Of a DNA stretch of 64,000 nucleotides, positions 55,005 through 64,000 are shown piece by piece. This DNA comes from Candidatus Woesearchaeota archaeon. GTDB lineage: Archaea > Nanobdellota > Nanobdellia > Woesearchaeales > DSVV01. The stretch's first letter is position 1; every line of letters begins with the position of its first letter. The notes beneath the pieces are model-generated. The model did no database searches and was not told the origin of the DNA. It worked only from the letters and a program-made list of their open reading frames with translations. The stretch covers positions 29,746 to 93,745 of the forward strand of contig JABJHR010000009.1 in assembly GCA_018661705.1 (NCBI GenBank), in the 5' to 3' direction. A program made the position numbers and the translations under genes.

Positions 55005-57281
55005 ATGAAAAAAAAAGTTATATTTTGCATTATTATTATATCATTATTATTTCTAGCTGCCTGCACCATTACTGAAGATTTAGCTGGAGAAGCAAGAAAA
55101 ACAATAACAAAGACTGAAAAAGGTACATGGTTAGTTGTAGTATTAAAAAATAATAATGCACAATACGAAATTATAAAAACATACACACAAGAATACAACA
55201 AAGAAAAATTTGATGTGTTTGAACGTCTTCTTCCTAATCCTAAACAAATGAACCATGATTCTACAATCTATGTTAAACAATTGGTTAATAGGCAAGAGAT
55301 TATTATAACAGAAACATTTGAAAGTAAAACAGCTCTTATCTCTGAAAAGTTTAATAAGGATAATACAATTGACCTTATAGATTATAATATTCAAGATCAT
55401 AAGATTTTAGAATTAAAAATACCTATTGACAACAAGATTAATCCTTCTAAACCAATTGAAATAAAGATTAAAACACCAAGAAAAGAACAATACTTAATAA
55501 AAAAAGAAGATTTTCTGAGATGGAAAAAATTATTCCAGCAAGAAATAAAGAAAAAACTTTCTCAAAACAGACCTAACAAAAGAAATAATTTAATCACAGG
55601 AAGAACAATCACAGAAGAGAATATCTGTTCACACCTTAAACAATTCCAAAGTAAACCTTCTCTACATACTAATAAACCTTATGACCCAGATAGAATTAAT
55701 TTAGTATTTATTGGATTTAATCACCAATCCATAGATCAAGTTACTGATGCTATCCCATACCTGTTAGATCTAGAAGGAGAAGGAATTGAATCATATTATA
55801 TTGATGCTGAAACCGGGGGGAAAAAGGAAGTAGGTAAAGCAAGAGGAATATTTTATTTCTCACCATTAAAATCAAACAAAAATAAATTTAATTTTTGGTA
55901 TATTGATGAAATCCAAGAGGCATATAAATTATACAATGAATTCTCAAATCCATGTAAATGCAGAGACCCAAATGTCAATTATGCAGAGATGTTAAACAAA
56001 TGCGGACTCAACAATGTAAAAGTTTCAGTCTTATGTAATGACATCTGTGTTTCTAAAGCATCTTATAATGGTGGACATTTAGAATTATCAACAAAACATA
56101 GTACACAAAAGGAATTTTTTACACAAAATGATGAAAAACTCCCCCTTTATCCTGGGGAAATGCAAGTAATTAGTCATGAATTTGGGCATCTATTCGGTGG
56201 TTTAGCAGATGAATATACAATTTCTACTAATGTTGACACGCCAAGATTTCCAAATTGCCTGCCTGATAAAGAAGTTGCAAAAGAATTATTATTAGATATA
56301 TTTCCTAATTTAGAATATCATTATGGATGTTCTTATTCTAAAGACAATGTTAGATTTTCTGAATCATCATTAATGAGCTGGGCTTTTACCGGGGATTCAT
56401 TTAACGATGTCAGTAAATTTTACATATGTTATCAAATATTCAGCAAATTTGGAGATGTTGATGGAGAATTTTGCGATTCAATATTTTTTAAAGAATTTGA
56501 AAAACCATTAGAGATCTGTGGGGATGGAATTGATAATAATGGCAATGGAAAAACAGATTGTCAAGAATATGTGTGTAGAGTAAAAGATTGTAATGAATTT
56601 ATTAATGAATACCAAATCCAAGAATGGGTATACAACCAAGTTGTATCAACATCTGAAGACTTTGAAAAATATTGTAATGATGGCATAGATAATGATTTCA
56701 ACAAGAAAATAGATTGTGAAGATAATGTTTGTTTCAGTGAAACATGTTATGAAGTTTGCAATGATGGTCAAGATAATAATTTAAATGGATTATTTGACTG
56801 CGACGATCCGAGTTGTAAAGGCACATTAATATGTGATGAAATTTGTGGAGATGGAATTGATAATAACAATAACCAAATTATAGATTTTGATAGTATAGAA
56901 TATAAAAAATGCGCATCTAAAAAAGTAGAATTCATGAATAATTGCTCCTTAGTTCAACTATTTGATAAAGAATGTACTGATAAAGCAGGAATGGGAGAAG
57001 CATGCACAACAAACCAAGATTGTTTTTGGCAGAGTTCATTCATTGAAGGAGATTCGTGTATTGACGGTTTATGTAAAGCACATTCTGATATATATGCAAT
57101 CTCACCTCCACCAAAAATGTGTAAAACCAATTCAGAATGCAATGAAGGAGAAAAATGCAAAGAAGTTGCATATGCAGGAGCATTCAAGAGCCCAAATTGT
57201 ATGAAAAATGTTATTAACTCTTTCAATAAATGTGTTGAATGTTTAGATCCTGATTGTAAGTATACTGATGTATGCAGTTAA
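55005..57281 (+). CDS. secreted lipoprotein zinc metalloprotease (M64/IgA-peptidase-like) with C-terminal Cys-rich repeats
   Basis: Lipobox LLFLAAC. HEFGHLFGGLADEY (HExxH...DEY). At least four C.DG.DN...G..DC repeats. Confidence 0.7.
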   Translation: MKKKVIFCIIIISLLFLAACTITEDLAGEARKTITKTEKGTWLVVVLKNNNAQYEIIKTYTQEYNKEKFDVFERLLPNPKQMNHDSTIYVKQLVNRQEIIITETFESKTALISEKFNKDNTIDLIDYNIQDHKILELKIPIDNKINPSKPIEIKIKTPRKEQYLIKKEDFLRWKKLFQQEIKKKLSQNRPNKRNNLITGRTITEENICSHLKQFQSKPSLHTNKPYDPDRINLVFIGFNHQSIDQVTDAIPYLLDLEGEGIESYYIDAETGGKKEVGKARGIFYFSPLKSNKNKFNFWYIDEIQEAYKLYNEFSNPCKCRDPNVNYAEMLNKCGLNNVKVSVLCNDICVSKASYNGGHLELSTKHSTQKEFFTQNDEKLPLYPGEMQVISHEFGHLFGGLADEYTISTNVDTPRFPNCLPDKEVAKELLLDIFPNLEYHYGCSYSKDNVRFSESSLMSWAFTGDSFNDVSKFYICYQIFSKFGDVDGEFCDSIFFKEFEKPLEICGDGIDNNGNGKTDCQEYVCRVKDCNEFINEYQIQEWVYNQVVSTSEDFEKYCNDGIDNDFNKKIDCEDNVCFSETCYEVCNDGQDNNLNGLFDCDDPSCKGTLICDEICGDGIDNNNNQIIDFDSIEYKKCASKKVEFMNNCSLVQLFDKECTDKAGMGEACTTNQDCFWQSSFIEGDSCIDGLCKAHSDIYAISPPPKMCKTNSECNEGEKCKEVAYAGAFKSPNCMKNVINSFNKCVECLDPDCKYTDVCS

Positions 57282-57301
57282 TAATGATTTTCAGCATTAA
57301 A

Positions 57302-57309
57302 TATATAAA
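57302..57309 (+). promoter_or_regulatory. TATA box for the second M64-like gene
   Basis: TATATAAA lies 26-33 nt upstream of ATG 57335, within a 17-mer also found at 59730. Confidence 0.4.
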
Positions 57310-57334
57310 TATCTAAATAAATTAAATAATTCTA

Positions 57335-59665
57335 ATGAAAAAAAGAGCTATATTCGCAATTATAATCATATCTTTACTATTTCTAGCTGCCTGCACAATA
57401 ACTGAAGATTTAGCTGGAGAAGCAAGAAAAGTTTTTCAGAAAAATAAATTAGGTACAAAGCTAGTTATTGAGATACATAAATCCACAGATGGCACACGTG
57501 AAATTGTGAGTGCTTATTCAATCAAATATGATAAAGAACAAGAAAAAATATTTGAAAAAATCAAAGAAGATAATGAAATGGAATTGAGCATTAAACAGAA
57601 TGAAAAAACAATTAAGAGATCTTACTCTGAGAAAACATTGTGGATATCTGAATCATTAAAGGATGATGGAACCTATGAACTTGGTGAAGCTAAAATAGTT
57701 GATAAAGGAATGATTAGAGTTTATATCCCTATTAAAAACATAAATCTTAGAAAACCTTTAGAAATTAGTTCAAGAGATTTGAAGAGTGGGAAAATAACTA
57801 AGTTAATCAAAAAAGAGGACCATAAAAAGTGGAATAATATATTAAAATATGGTAAATTTCCAAAGCCAAAAATAAGCAAAGAATTATTAGTTCCAGACAA
57901 AAAAATTGATTCAATAAAAAAGTCATCAGGAAGGAGAAATCTTGCTGGAAAAGCAACAGAAGTAAAAAGTGAGTTGATTGTAGAATGCAATGGCAAGAGT
58001 TTAAAAGAAATATATCCTGGCCATAACAATCCAGGTGACAAATCCAGAACAGATGTTATCATTGTTGGATATGGTTATCCAGAAAAAAAGATATTTGAAG
58101 ACAGTCTCAAGTACTATATAAGTCGTGATGGAGAGGAGTTTATTCAAGAGATAGATGGAGATTGCGAAGGAATGGTATGTAAAAAAGGAACCAAAGGACT
58201 AATTATAACAGAAAGAGTATACAATGGAATCTTTGCATATACCCCATTTGCAGGCAACGCACACAAATTTAATTTTTGGTATGATACAAACATATATGAT
58301 TTAGGAATTAAGACTAATAATCCAGAGGAAAGCTGTGTATGTGCTAATTCACCAGAAACAACGTTAGGAAAAACAATTAAAAAGGCAAGTGAAATAATGT
58401 ACGAAACAGTGACAGGTGTAGATCTTGAAACATTACCCTACACATGCCAAATGACAGATACAAAAGTAATTGCATTATGTTATGATTATTGCAGAGGAAA
58501 TGCTGCCTTAGATGGTTTCATAACACAGTTAGATACAAAGCCAAAAGTTCAAGATAATCAAAACTTAGAATCGTATGATTTTGAGCCAAGTTCAATACAG
58601 ATGACTGTTCATGAATGGGGACACCTTTATGGAGGTTTAATAGATGAATATACTGAAGAAGGGAAAGATGACAAAATTTCAAAACCAAATTGTGCAAACT
58701 CAGAGTCTCAATTAATGAGTTGGTGGCAAGATATTTTCCCAGGAATTAGTTTTTACATGGGATGTGCATATTCTGAAGATAATTTTCGACCCCATTATTT
58801 AACCATCATGCGTGAATTTAGTGACACATTTGGATTAGTAAATGAATATTTCATGTGCAAAAAAATAGCTCAGAAAACTGGGGGTGCAGGTCCTGGTTGT
58901 TATAAGGTTTTGAGTCCGATAGAAGATGATTGTGGTGATGAAGAAGATAATGATCTTGATGGCAAGACTGACTGCGAAGAGATTGAATGCAATGGAAAAA
59001 AGACTAAAAATAACAAAGTTTGCTGCACTAATGATGAAATCTGTGGGGGAAAATCATCATGCAATGATGATTTAATCTGCATAGAGACTGATTGTTATGA
59101 TGACAATGGAAAGATTGACTGTGCAGATCCAGAATGTGTAGGACAGGGGAATAATGAAGGTTATTGCTGCCAAAACTTTGATGATTGCGTAGATAATTTT
59201 GAAATAAAAAAAGTGTTTGGTAACCTATATCCGTGGGGCCTTAACTGTATCAATAATATTTGCAGAGAAACCTACTGTTATGATAAATTATCTGGATCCT
59301 CTGTTGACAATGATGGAGATGGTAAAGCTAATTGTGCAGATCCAGACTGTGTAGGACAGGAAAATAATGACGGTTATTGCTGCCAAAACTTTAATGATTG
59401 CGTACATAATTCTGAAATAAAAAAGGTTTTTGGTAATCTAGACCCGTGGGGCCTTAACTGTATCAATAATATTTGCAGAGAAACCTCCTGTTCTGATAAA
59501 TCTGGAAGAAAATCTGTTGACAATGATGGTGATGGTTATGCTGATTGTGATGATTCTGATTGTTTTAATTCAGAAGAATGTGATGTTAAAACCCCTCACG
59601 ATATTAAGACCACTCAAGAAATTCTAAAGACAGATATAAAAAAAGTTCCAGGAAGAGTTCAATAA
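57335..59665 (+). CDS. secreted lipoprotein zinc metalloprotease (M64-like), paralog
   Basis: Same signal/lipobox and TITEDLAGEARK as the first copy. HEWGHLYGGLIDEY. Cys-rich C-terminus with an internal 71-aa duplication. Confidence 0.7.
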   Translation: MKKRAIFAIIIISLLFLAACTITEDLAGEARKVFQKNKLGTKLVIEIHKSTDGTREIVSAYSIKYDKEQEKIFEKIKEDNEMELSIKQNEKTIKRSYSEKTLWISESLKDDGTYELGEAKIVDKGMIRVYIPIKNINLRKPLEISSRDLKSGKITKLIKKEDHKKWNNILKYGKFPKPKISKELLVPDKKIDSIKKSSGRRNLAGKATEVKSELIVECNGKSLKEIYPGHNNPGDKSRTDVIIVGYGYPEKKIFEDSLKYYISRDGEEFIQEIDGDCEGMVCKKGTKGLIITERVYNGIFAYTPFAGNAHKFNFWYDTNIYDLGIKTNNPEESCVCANSPETTLGKTIKKASEIMYETVTGVDLETLPYTCQMTDTKVIALCYDYCRGNAALDGFITQLDTKPKVQDNQNLESYDFEPSSIQMTVHEWGHLYGGLIDEYTEEGKDDKISKPNCANSESQLMSWWQDIFPGISFYMGCAYSEDNFRPHYLTIMREFSDTFGLVNEYFMCKKIAQKTGGAGPGCYKVLSPIEDDCGDEEDNDLDGKTDCEEIECNGKKTKNNKVCCTNDEICGGKSSCNDDLICIETDCYDDNGKIDCADPECVGQGNNEGYCCQNFDDCVDNFEIKKVFGNLYPWGLNCINNICRETYCYDKLSGSSVDNDGDGKANCADPDCVGQENNDGYCCQNFNDCVHNSEIKKVFGNLDPWGLNCINNICRETSCSDKSGRKSVDNDGDGYADCDDSDCFNSEECDVKTPHDIKTTQEILKTDIKKVPGRVQ
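59120..59545 (+). repeat. in-frame tandem duplication (2 x 213 nt) inside the second M64-like gene
   Basis: Units 59120-59332 and 59333-59545 both begin TGTGCAGATCCAGA and are about 90 percent identical by eye. Confidence 0.85.
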
Positions 59666-59736
59666 TCAAGTAAAATTTCTATATGGTATTATTTATATCC
59701 CATGGTATTAATTATATTAATACTTTTAACATTAAA

Positions 59737-59744
59737 TATATAAA
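59737..59744 (+). promoter_or_regulatory. TATA box for argS
   Basis: TATATAAA lies 24-31 nt upstream of ATG 59768. Confidence 0.4.
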
Positions 59745-59767
59745 TAAATACTCCCATTCGATCTAAT

Positions 59768-61513
59768 ATGGACAAATTCCAGAAAGAAATCATTAAACAG
59801 CTAAAGAAAGCCGGAGTTAAGAAAGAATTAGCAGAAGGGGCTTTAGATAAACCAAAGAAAGCTGAATTAGGAGATTATGCATTTCCTTGTTTTCCGTTAG
59901 CAAAAGACTGGAAGAAAAAACCACATGAAATTGCTCAAGACTTAGCTAGGAAAATACCATTATCAAAAGAAATTGTTAAAATTCAGGTTATTGGTCCATT
60001 TCTTAATTTCTTCATTAACAAAGAGGAGCATTCTAAAGATATTTTAACTGCCATTTACAAAGAAAAAAGTAAATTTGGAAAAGGCAAAGAAAAAAAGAAA
60101 ATCATGGTTGAATTTTGTTCTCCAAATACAAATAAACCTCTTCATTTAGGTCATGTTAGAAATTGTGTTATTGGTGATTCAGTATCTAAAATATTAGATT
60201 TCAATGGTAATAAAGTTACTAAATCATGTTTAGTTAATGATCGAGGAGTTCATATTTGTAAATCAATGTTAGCTTATCAAAAATGGGGAGCTAAGAAACT
60301 ACCAGACATTAAATCAGATTTTTATGTAGGAAAATTTTATGTGATGTTTGCTAAAGAAGCTGCAAAGTCTGAGAAAAAAAGTGAAGAATTAGAAAAAGAA
60401 GCTCAACTAATGTTGCAAAAGTGGGAAAAGGGTGATAAAGCAACAATTACATTATGGAAGAAGATGAATTCCTGGGTATACAAGGGCTTTGGAGAAACAT
60501 ATAAGAATTTAGGTGTTAGTTTTGATAAATTTTATTATGAAAGTGAAATGTATAAAGAAGGCAAAGACATTATTATGGGTGGTTTGAAGAAAAAGATTTT
60601 TGAAAAAGATGAAACAGGGGCAGTAATTGTAGACCTAGAAAAATATAAGCTTCCAAAAAAGGTATTATTAAGATCAGATGGAACTTCATTATATATTGTA
60701 CAGGACCTTTTCCTAGGAAAAAAGAAAATAGAGGATTTCAAATTAGACCAATCCATCCATGTTGTTGGTTCAGAACAAAAAATGCATTTTGATGTTTTAT
60801 TCAAGATCTTTGAATTGCTTGGCCATAAATGGGCAAAGAATTTGTATCATTTAAGTTATGGAATGGTTTACCTTCCTGATGGAAAAATGAAGAGTAGAGA
60901 AGGAAAAATTGTTGATGCTGATGATTTAGTTAGAGAAATGAAAGAATTAGCAAGATTCAGCATAAAAGAGCGACACAAAGATCTTCAAGAAAAAGAAGTA
61001 GATAAAAGAGCAGAGATGATTGGATTAGGAGCAATAAAATTCTTTTTGTTAAGAACAGACTTTGTAAAAGATATTCATTATGATCCAAAAGAAAGCATTA
61101 GTTTTGAGGGTGAAACAGGACCGTATGTTCAATATACTCATGCAAGAATATGCAGTATTATGCGAAAATTAGCAGAAGAAAATAAAAAATCTAAAAACAG
61201 TGAAAAGTTTGATGCAAAGTTTGTTAAGAAAGTAAAGTATGAAGTTTATGATGAAAGAGAACAAGAAATAATTAAAATGTTAGGAGAGTTTCCAATAGTT
61301 GTTAATGCTTCATCAAAACATTTGAAGCCATCAATCATTACAAGATACTTATTAGATCTTTCTCAAAAGGCAAATGAGTTTTACCATGCTTCACCTATTT
61401 TAAAAGCACCTGATGATTTATTAAGAGCTAGAATTCTTTTAATTCATTCTGTAAAACAAGTAATTGAAACAGGTTTAGGATTATTGGGAATAGATGCACC
61501 ACAAGAAATGTGA
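59768..61513 (+). CDS. argS: arginine--tRNA ligase
   Basis: SPNTNKPLHLGHVRN (HIGH region), MKSREG (KMSKS-like), C-terminal DALR anticodon-binding region. Confidence 0.9.
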   Translation: MDKFQKEIIKQLKKAGVKKELAEGALDKPKKAELGDYAFPCFPLAKDWKKKPHEIAQDLARKIPLSKEIVKIQVIGPFLNFFINKEEHSKDILTAIYKEKSKFGKGKEKKKIMVEFCSPNTNKPLHLGHVRNCVIGDSVSKILDFNGNKVTKSCLVNDRGVHICKSMLAYQKWGAKKLPDIKSDFYVGKFYVMFAKEAAKSEKKSEELEKEAQLMLQKWEKGDKATITLWKKMNSWVYKGFGETYKNLGVSFDKFYYESEMYKEGKDIIMGGLKKKIFEKDETGAVIVDLEKYKLPKKVLLRSDGTSLYIVQDLFLGKKKIEDFKLDQSIHVVGSEQKMHFDVLFKIFELLGHKWAKNLYHLSYGMVYLPDGKMKSREGKIVDADDLVREMKELARFSIKERHKDLQEKEVDKRAEMIGLGAIKFFLLRTDFVKDIHYDPKESISFEGETGPYVQYTHARICSIMRKLAEENKKSKNSEKFDAKFVKKVKYEVYDEREQEIIKMLGEFPIVVNASSKHLKPSIITRYLLDLSQKANEFYHASPILKAPDDLLRARILLIHSVKQVIETGLGLLGIDAPQEM

Positions 61514-61530
61514 TTAGATATATGTTATGA

Positions 61531-62037
61531 TCATACTTCCTTCTGTTTCATAAATCTTCCGTGATACTTTGCTTTGCCCTTAGTTTTCTGAAAAATAAAT
61601 TGACAAAGTTTTGTACCTGCGTTTAATTTTAAAGGCCTATGTCCAAGATTTACAATTTCTAATACTTGCTGATTATCAATTCCTGGCTGCATAAAACTTG
61701 CACTAATATGCACTAACAGCCCTAACCTTGCAAACCTACTCCTACCTTCTAGCCACCCACAGATATCATTACCGAGAGTAATTCTTTCTTTAGTAATTCC
61801 TAAAATAACTTCACCAGGTTTAATTATAATTGATTTTTTCTTAATAAGTTTAGTTACGTCTTTATAGTTTGCTTCAGCAGTAACATTATAAGTTTTCCCT
61901 TTAGTAAAAATTCTAAATTGATCATCTAATGTAAGGTCAACAGAACCAGGACCAACAGCTTTTTTATCAAACGGTGTGATTTTAATGTTTTTCTTTTTTA
62001 TTTCTTTTAAAATTTCATTTTTTGTTAGTGTTGTCAT
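61531..62037 (-). CDS. dcd: dCTP deaminase
   Basis: 168 aa. GPGSVDLTL, GWLEGRSRFARLGL, QPGIDNQQVLEIVN. Confidence 0.8.
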   Translation of the reverse strand: MTTLTKNEILKEIKKKNIKITPFDKKAVGPGSVDLTLDDQFRIFTKGKTYNVTAEANYKDVTKLIKKKSIIIKPGEVILGITKERITLGNDICGWLEGRSRFARLGLLVHISASFMQPGIDNQQVLEIVNLGHRPLKLNAGTKLCQFIFQKTKGKAKYHGRFMKQKEV

Positions 62038-62130
62038 AATTAAAAATAAGTTGGAAGGATTATTTAAATTTATCTATTTTACTTGAGATTTCCACTAATT
62101 ATTTAAACAACTAAAAAACCCTTAATTTAG

Positions 62131-62793
62131 ATGAAACTAACTAAATATAAAAAACAAATCCCTGCAAAACTTTACAAATTATTAGAAAGTAGAGGTTTTG
62201 AAGAGCTAAGACCTTCTCAGATTAAATCAATTAAAGCAGGATTATTTGAAGATAAAAATTTATTAGTTTGCACACCAACTGGTTCAGGTAAAACATTAGT
62301 TGGGGAGTTAGCAATTTTAGATGCTATTTACAAAAATGTTGGAAAAGCTGTTTATATTGTTCCATTGAAAGCTTTAGCTAATGAAAAATACAGAGAATTT
62401 AAAGCCAGATATCCTGATTTAAAAATTGCAATTTCAATTGGTGATATTGATAGTCCTGAGTTTCATTTAGCAAAATACGATGTAATCATTTGTACTTCTG
62501 AAAAATTAGATTCTCTGCTAAGACATCAAGCACCTTGGTTAAAGGATCTAAAAGTAGTTATAGTAGATGAAATTCATTTAATAACAGACCCAAATCGAGG
62601 TCCAACATTAGAAATTCTTTTAACAATTCTAAGAACTCTTCTAAAAGACATTCAGATTATTGGATTAAGTGCAACAATTGGCAATCCAAAAGAATTAGCA
62701 GAGTGGTTAGATGCAGAATTAGTACTAGATAAATGGCGACCAGTTAAGTTAGAACAAGGTGTTCATTTAGATGGTCAAATAGAATTTGTTTGA
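62131..62793 (+). pseudogene. Ski2/Hel308-type helicase fragment (first RecA domain only)
   Basis: Motifs Q (RPSQ), I (CTPTGSGKT), II (DEIH) and III (SAT) are present. The ORF stops at 220 aa, and the following DNA encodes other genes rather than RecA2, WH or ratchet domains. Confidence 0.6.
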
Positions 62794-63064
62794 TTTCTTT
62801 TTGATAATTTTCTATTAAATTAAAAAAACAAAAAAATCTTAGTGAAAAAATGATTCCAAAAAATCCAAAGAATAAAAATCCCCTTACAAAAATTGAAGCT
62901 ATTACACTTACAATAATTGCCACAATTCCCAATACCAATCCTTGCTTTGCATGGTACATTGCAAGTTTACTATCTTTTTTTGCCAAAAGCACTATAATAA
63001 AACCAATTATTGGTATGAATGCTCCTAGAAACGCAAATACTTTATCATCATCTTTTTTTGACAT
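62744..63064 (-). CDS. small membrane protein (DUF4870-like)
   Basis: AFLGAFIPIIGFIIVLLAKKDSKLAMYHAKQGLVLGIV pattern. Its 3' end overlaps the helicase fragment by 50 nt. Confidence 0.5.
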   Translation of the reverse strand: MSKKDDDKVFAFLGAFIPIIGFIIVLLAKKDSKLAMYHAKQGLVLGIVAIIVSVIASIFVRGFLFFGFFGIIFSLRFFCFFNLIENYQKEIKQILFDHLNEHLVLT

Positions 63065-63160
63065 ATTTTAACACCCCCATGTTATTAACTCATTTCTTGA
63101 TTTACTGGTTTATATATTTTTTGGGACAGTATTTAATGCATTTATGTTTAATTCCAATAA

Positions 63161-63170
63161 AATATATAAA
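63161..63170 (+). promoter_or_regulatory. TATA box for gatE
   Basis: AATATATAAA lies 23-32 nt upstream of ATG 63193. Confidence 0.4.
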
Positions 63171-63192
63171 TAGATTAACATACAACAAGAAT

Positions 63193-64000
63193 ATGGCAAA
63201 ATTAGACTACAAAAAGCTGGGATTAAGAATCGGTATTGAAATTCACCAGCAGACAGAAGGTAAGAAGCTATTTTGTAGTTGTCCAACAGATATAATTGAT
63301 GAGAAACAACAATCTCCTGACCAAAAAGTAATTAGATACTTAAGAGCAGCTGCGGGTGAGACAGGAGAAATAGATGCTGCTGCTAAACACGAACAATCAA
63401 AGAAAAAACATTATGAATATTATTTCTATGAAAAATCTTGTTGTTTAGTTGAAATTGATGAAGAACCACCACACAAACTAAACAAAGATGCACTTGAAAC
63501 ATCTTTAGTTATATCTAAGATGTTAAACTCGCAAACTGTTGATGAAATTCGATTCATGAGAAAAACAGTTGTTGATGGTTCTAATGTGAGTGGTTTTCAA
63601 AGAACAGGGTTAATTGCAATGGGTGGTTTTTTAGAAATAAAAGATATTAACAAGAAAACAAAAAAAATAGGAATACAAACAATTTGTATAGAAGAGGATG
63701 CTGCAAAGATTGTAGAAAAAACACCAACACATGACACTTACAATTTAACAAGACTAGGAATTCCATTATTAGAAATTGCAACTGATCCAGACATGAATAC
63801 TCCTGAAGAAGCAAAAGAATGTGCTGAAAAATTAGGAATGTTTCTTAGATCAACTGGTAAAGTAAAAAGAGGCCTAGGCACAATAAGACAAGACGTAAAT
63901 GTTTCAATTAAAGAAGGAAAAAGAGTAGAAGTAAAAGGTGCACAAGATCTGAAAATGATTCCAACCTTAGTAGAATATGAAGTTATGCGGCAACAAGCAC
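63193..64000 (+). CDS. gatE: Glu-tRNA(Gln) amidotransferase subunit E (3' end outside window)
   Basis: Hand translation gives MAKLDYKKLGLRIGIEIHQQTEGKKLFCSCPT..VVDGSNVSGFQRTG..RLGIPLLEIATDPD, typical of GatE. The frame stays open to the window end. Confidence 0.85.
   Translation, partial: MAKLDYKKLGLRIGIEIHQQTEGKKLFCSCPTDIIDEKQQSPDQKVIRYLRAAAGETGEIDAAAKHEQSKKKHYEYYFYEKSCCLVEIDEEPPHKLNKDALETSLVISKMLNSQTVDEIRFMRKTVVDGSNVSGFQRTGLIAMGGFLEIKDINKKTKKIGIQTICIEEDAAKIVEKTPTHDTYNLTRLGIPLLEIATDPDMNTPEEAKECAEKLGMFLRSTGKVKRGLGTIRQDVNVSIKEGKRVEVKGAQDLKMIPTLVEYEVMRQQA

Noticed and set aside
62791-62793. TGA read-through or recoding to extend the Hel308 fragment.
   Set aside because: Translation past the TGA gives FLFDNFLLN followed by another stop. 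This has no helicase similarity.
1-64000. I searched by eye for CRISPR arrays, tRNA or rRNA genes, transposases and integrases.
   Set aside because: I found no regularly spaced direct repeats, no GTTCGAATC-type T-loop with cloverleaf context, no rRNA-like conserved blocks and no DDE or tyrosine-recombinase motifs. A tRNA with an intron or atypical arms could have been missed without tRNAscan-SE.

Overview
This is an AT-rich (roughly one-third G+C by eye), densely coding archaeal chromosome segment. Archaeal origin rests on aIF5B, GatE, ribosomal protein S8e, Bud32 kinase, archaeal-type riboflavin synthase, CTP-dependent riboflavin kinase, archaeal CMP kinase, Nip7/PUA/DUF371 proteins, and TATA boxes about 30 nt upstream of start codons. 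The small, patchy gene set suggests a DPANN-like lineage, but that is inference only. Housekeeping genes include ribD, ribK-ribC-ribH-ribB, transketolase, an aminotransferase, pdxS/pdxT, nnr, a Kef antiporter, argS, dcd, infB and gatE (3' partial). A 5'-partial proline dehydrogenase lies at the left edge. Accessory genes include an operon encoding a membrane-anchored Zot-like ATPase, a Fic protein and a transglutaminase-like protein, with a divergent three-gene cluster beside it. There are also two tandem lipoprotein serpins, two tandem M64-like zinc proteases with Cys-rich repeats, a 604-aa SpoT-type HD protein, a PHP-domain protein sharing a C-terminal domain with its neighbour, and a truncated Hel308 helicase. 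I saw no rRNA, tRNA, CRISPR array, integrase or transposase. The most unusual signals are non-coding. (1) Family Y is a six-copy family of GC-rich three-way-junction elements inside AT-rich inverted repeats, with compensatory stem changes between copies. (2) Family R is a six-copy family of long AGT-rich/ACT-rich hairpins that always abut stop codons. (3) Family X is a two-copy conserved 66-nt element. (4) Motif G is a two-copy 51-nt G-tract motif. (5) Elements W and Z are large composite hairpin elements in two spacers. All protein calls come from motif recognition by eye. No database search or folding program was run, and hand-derived coordinates of non-coding elements may be off by 1-2 nt.
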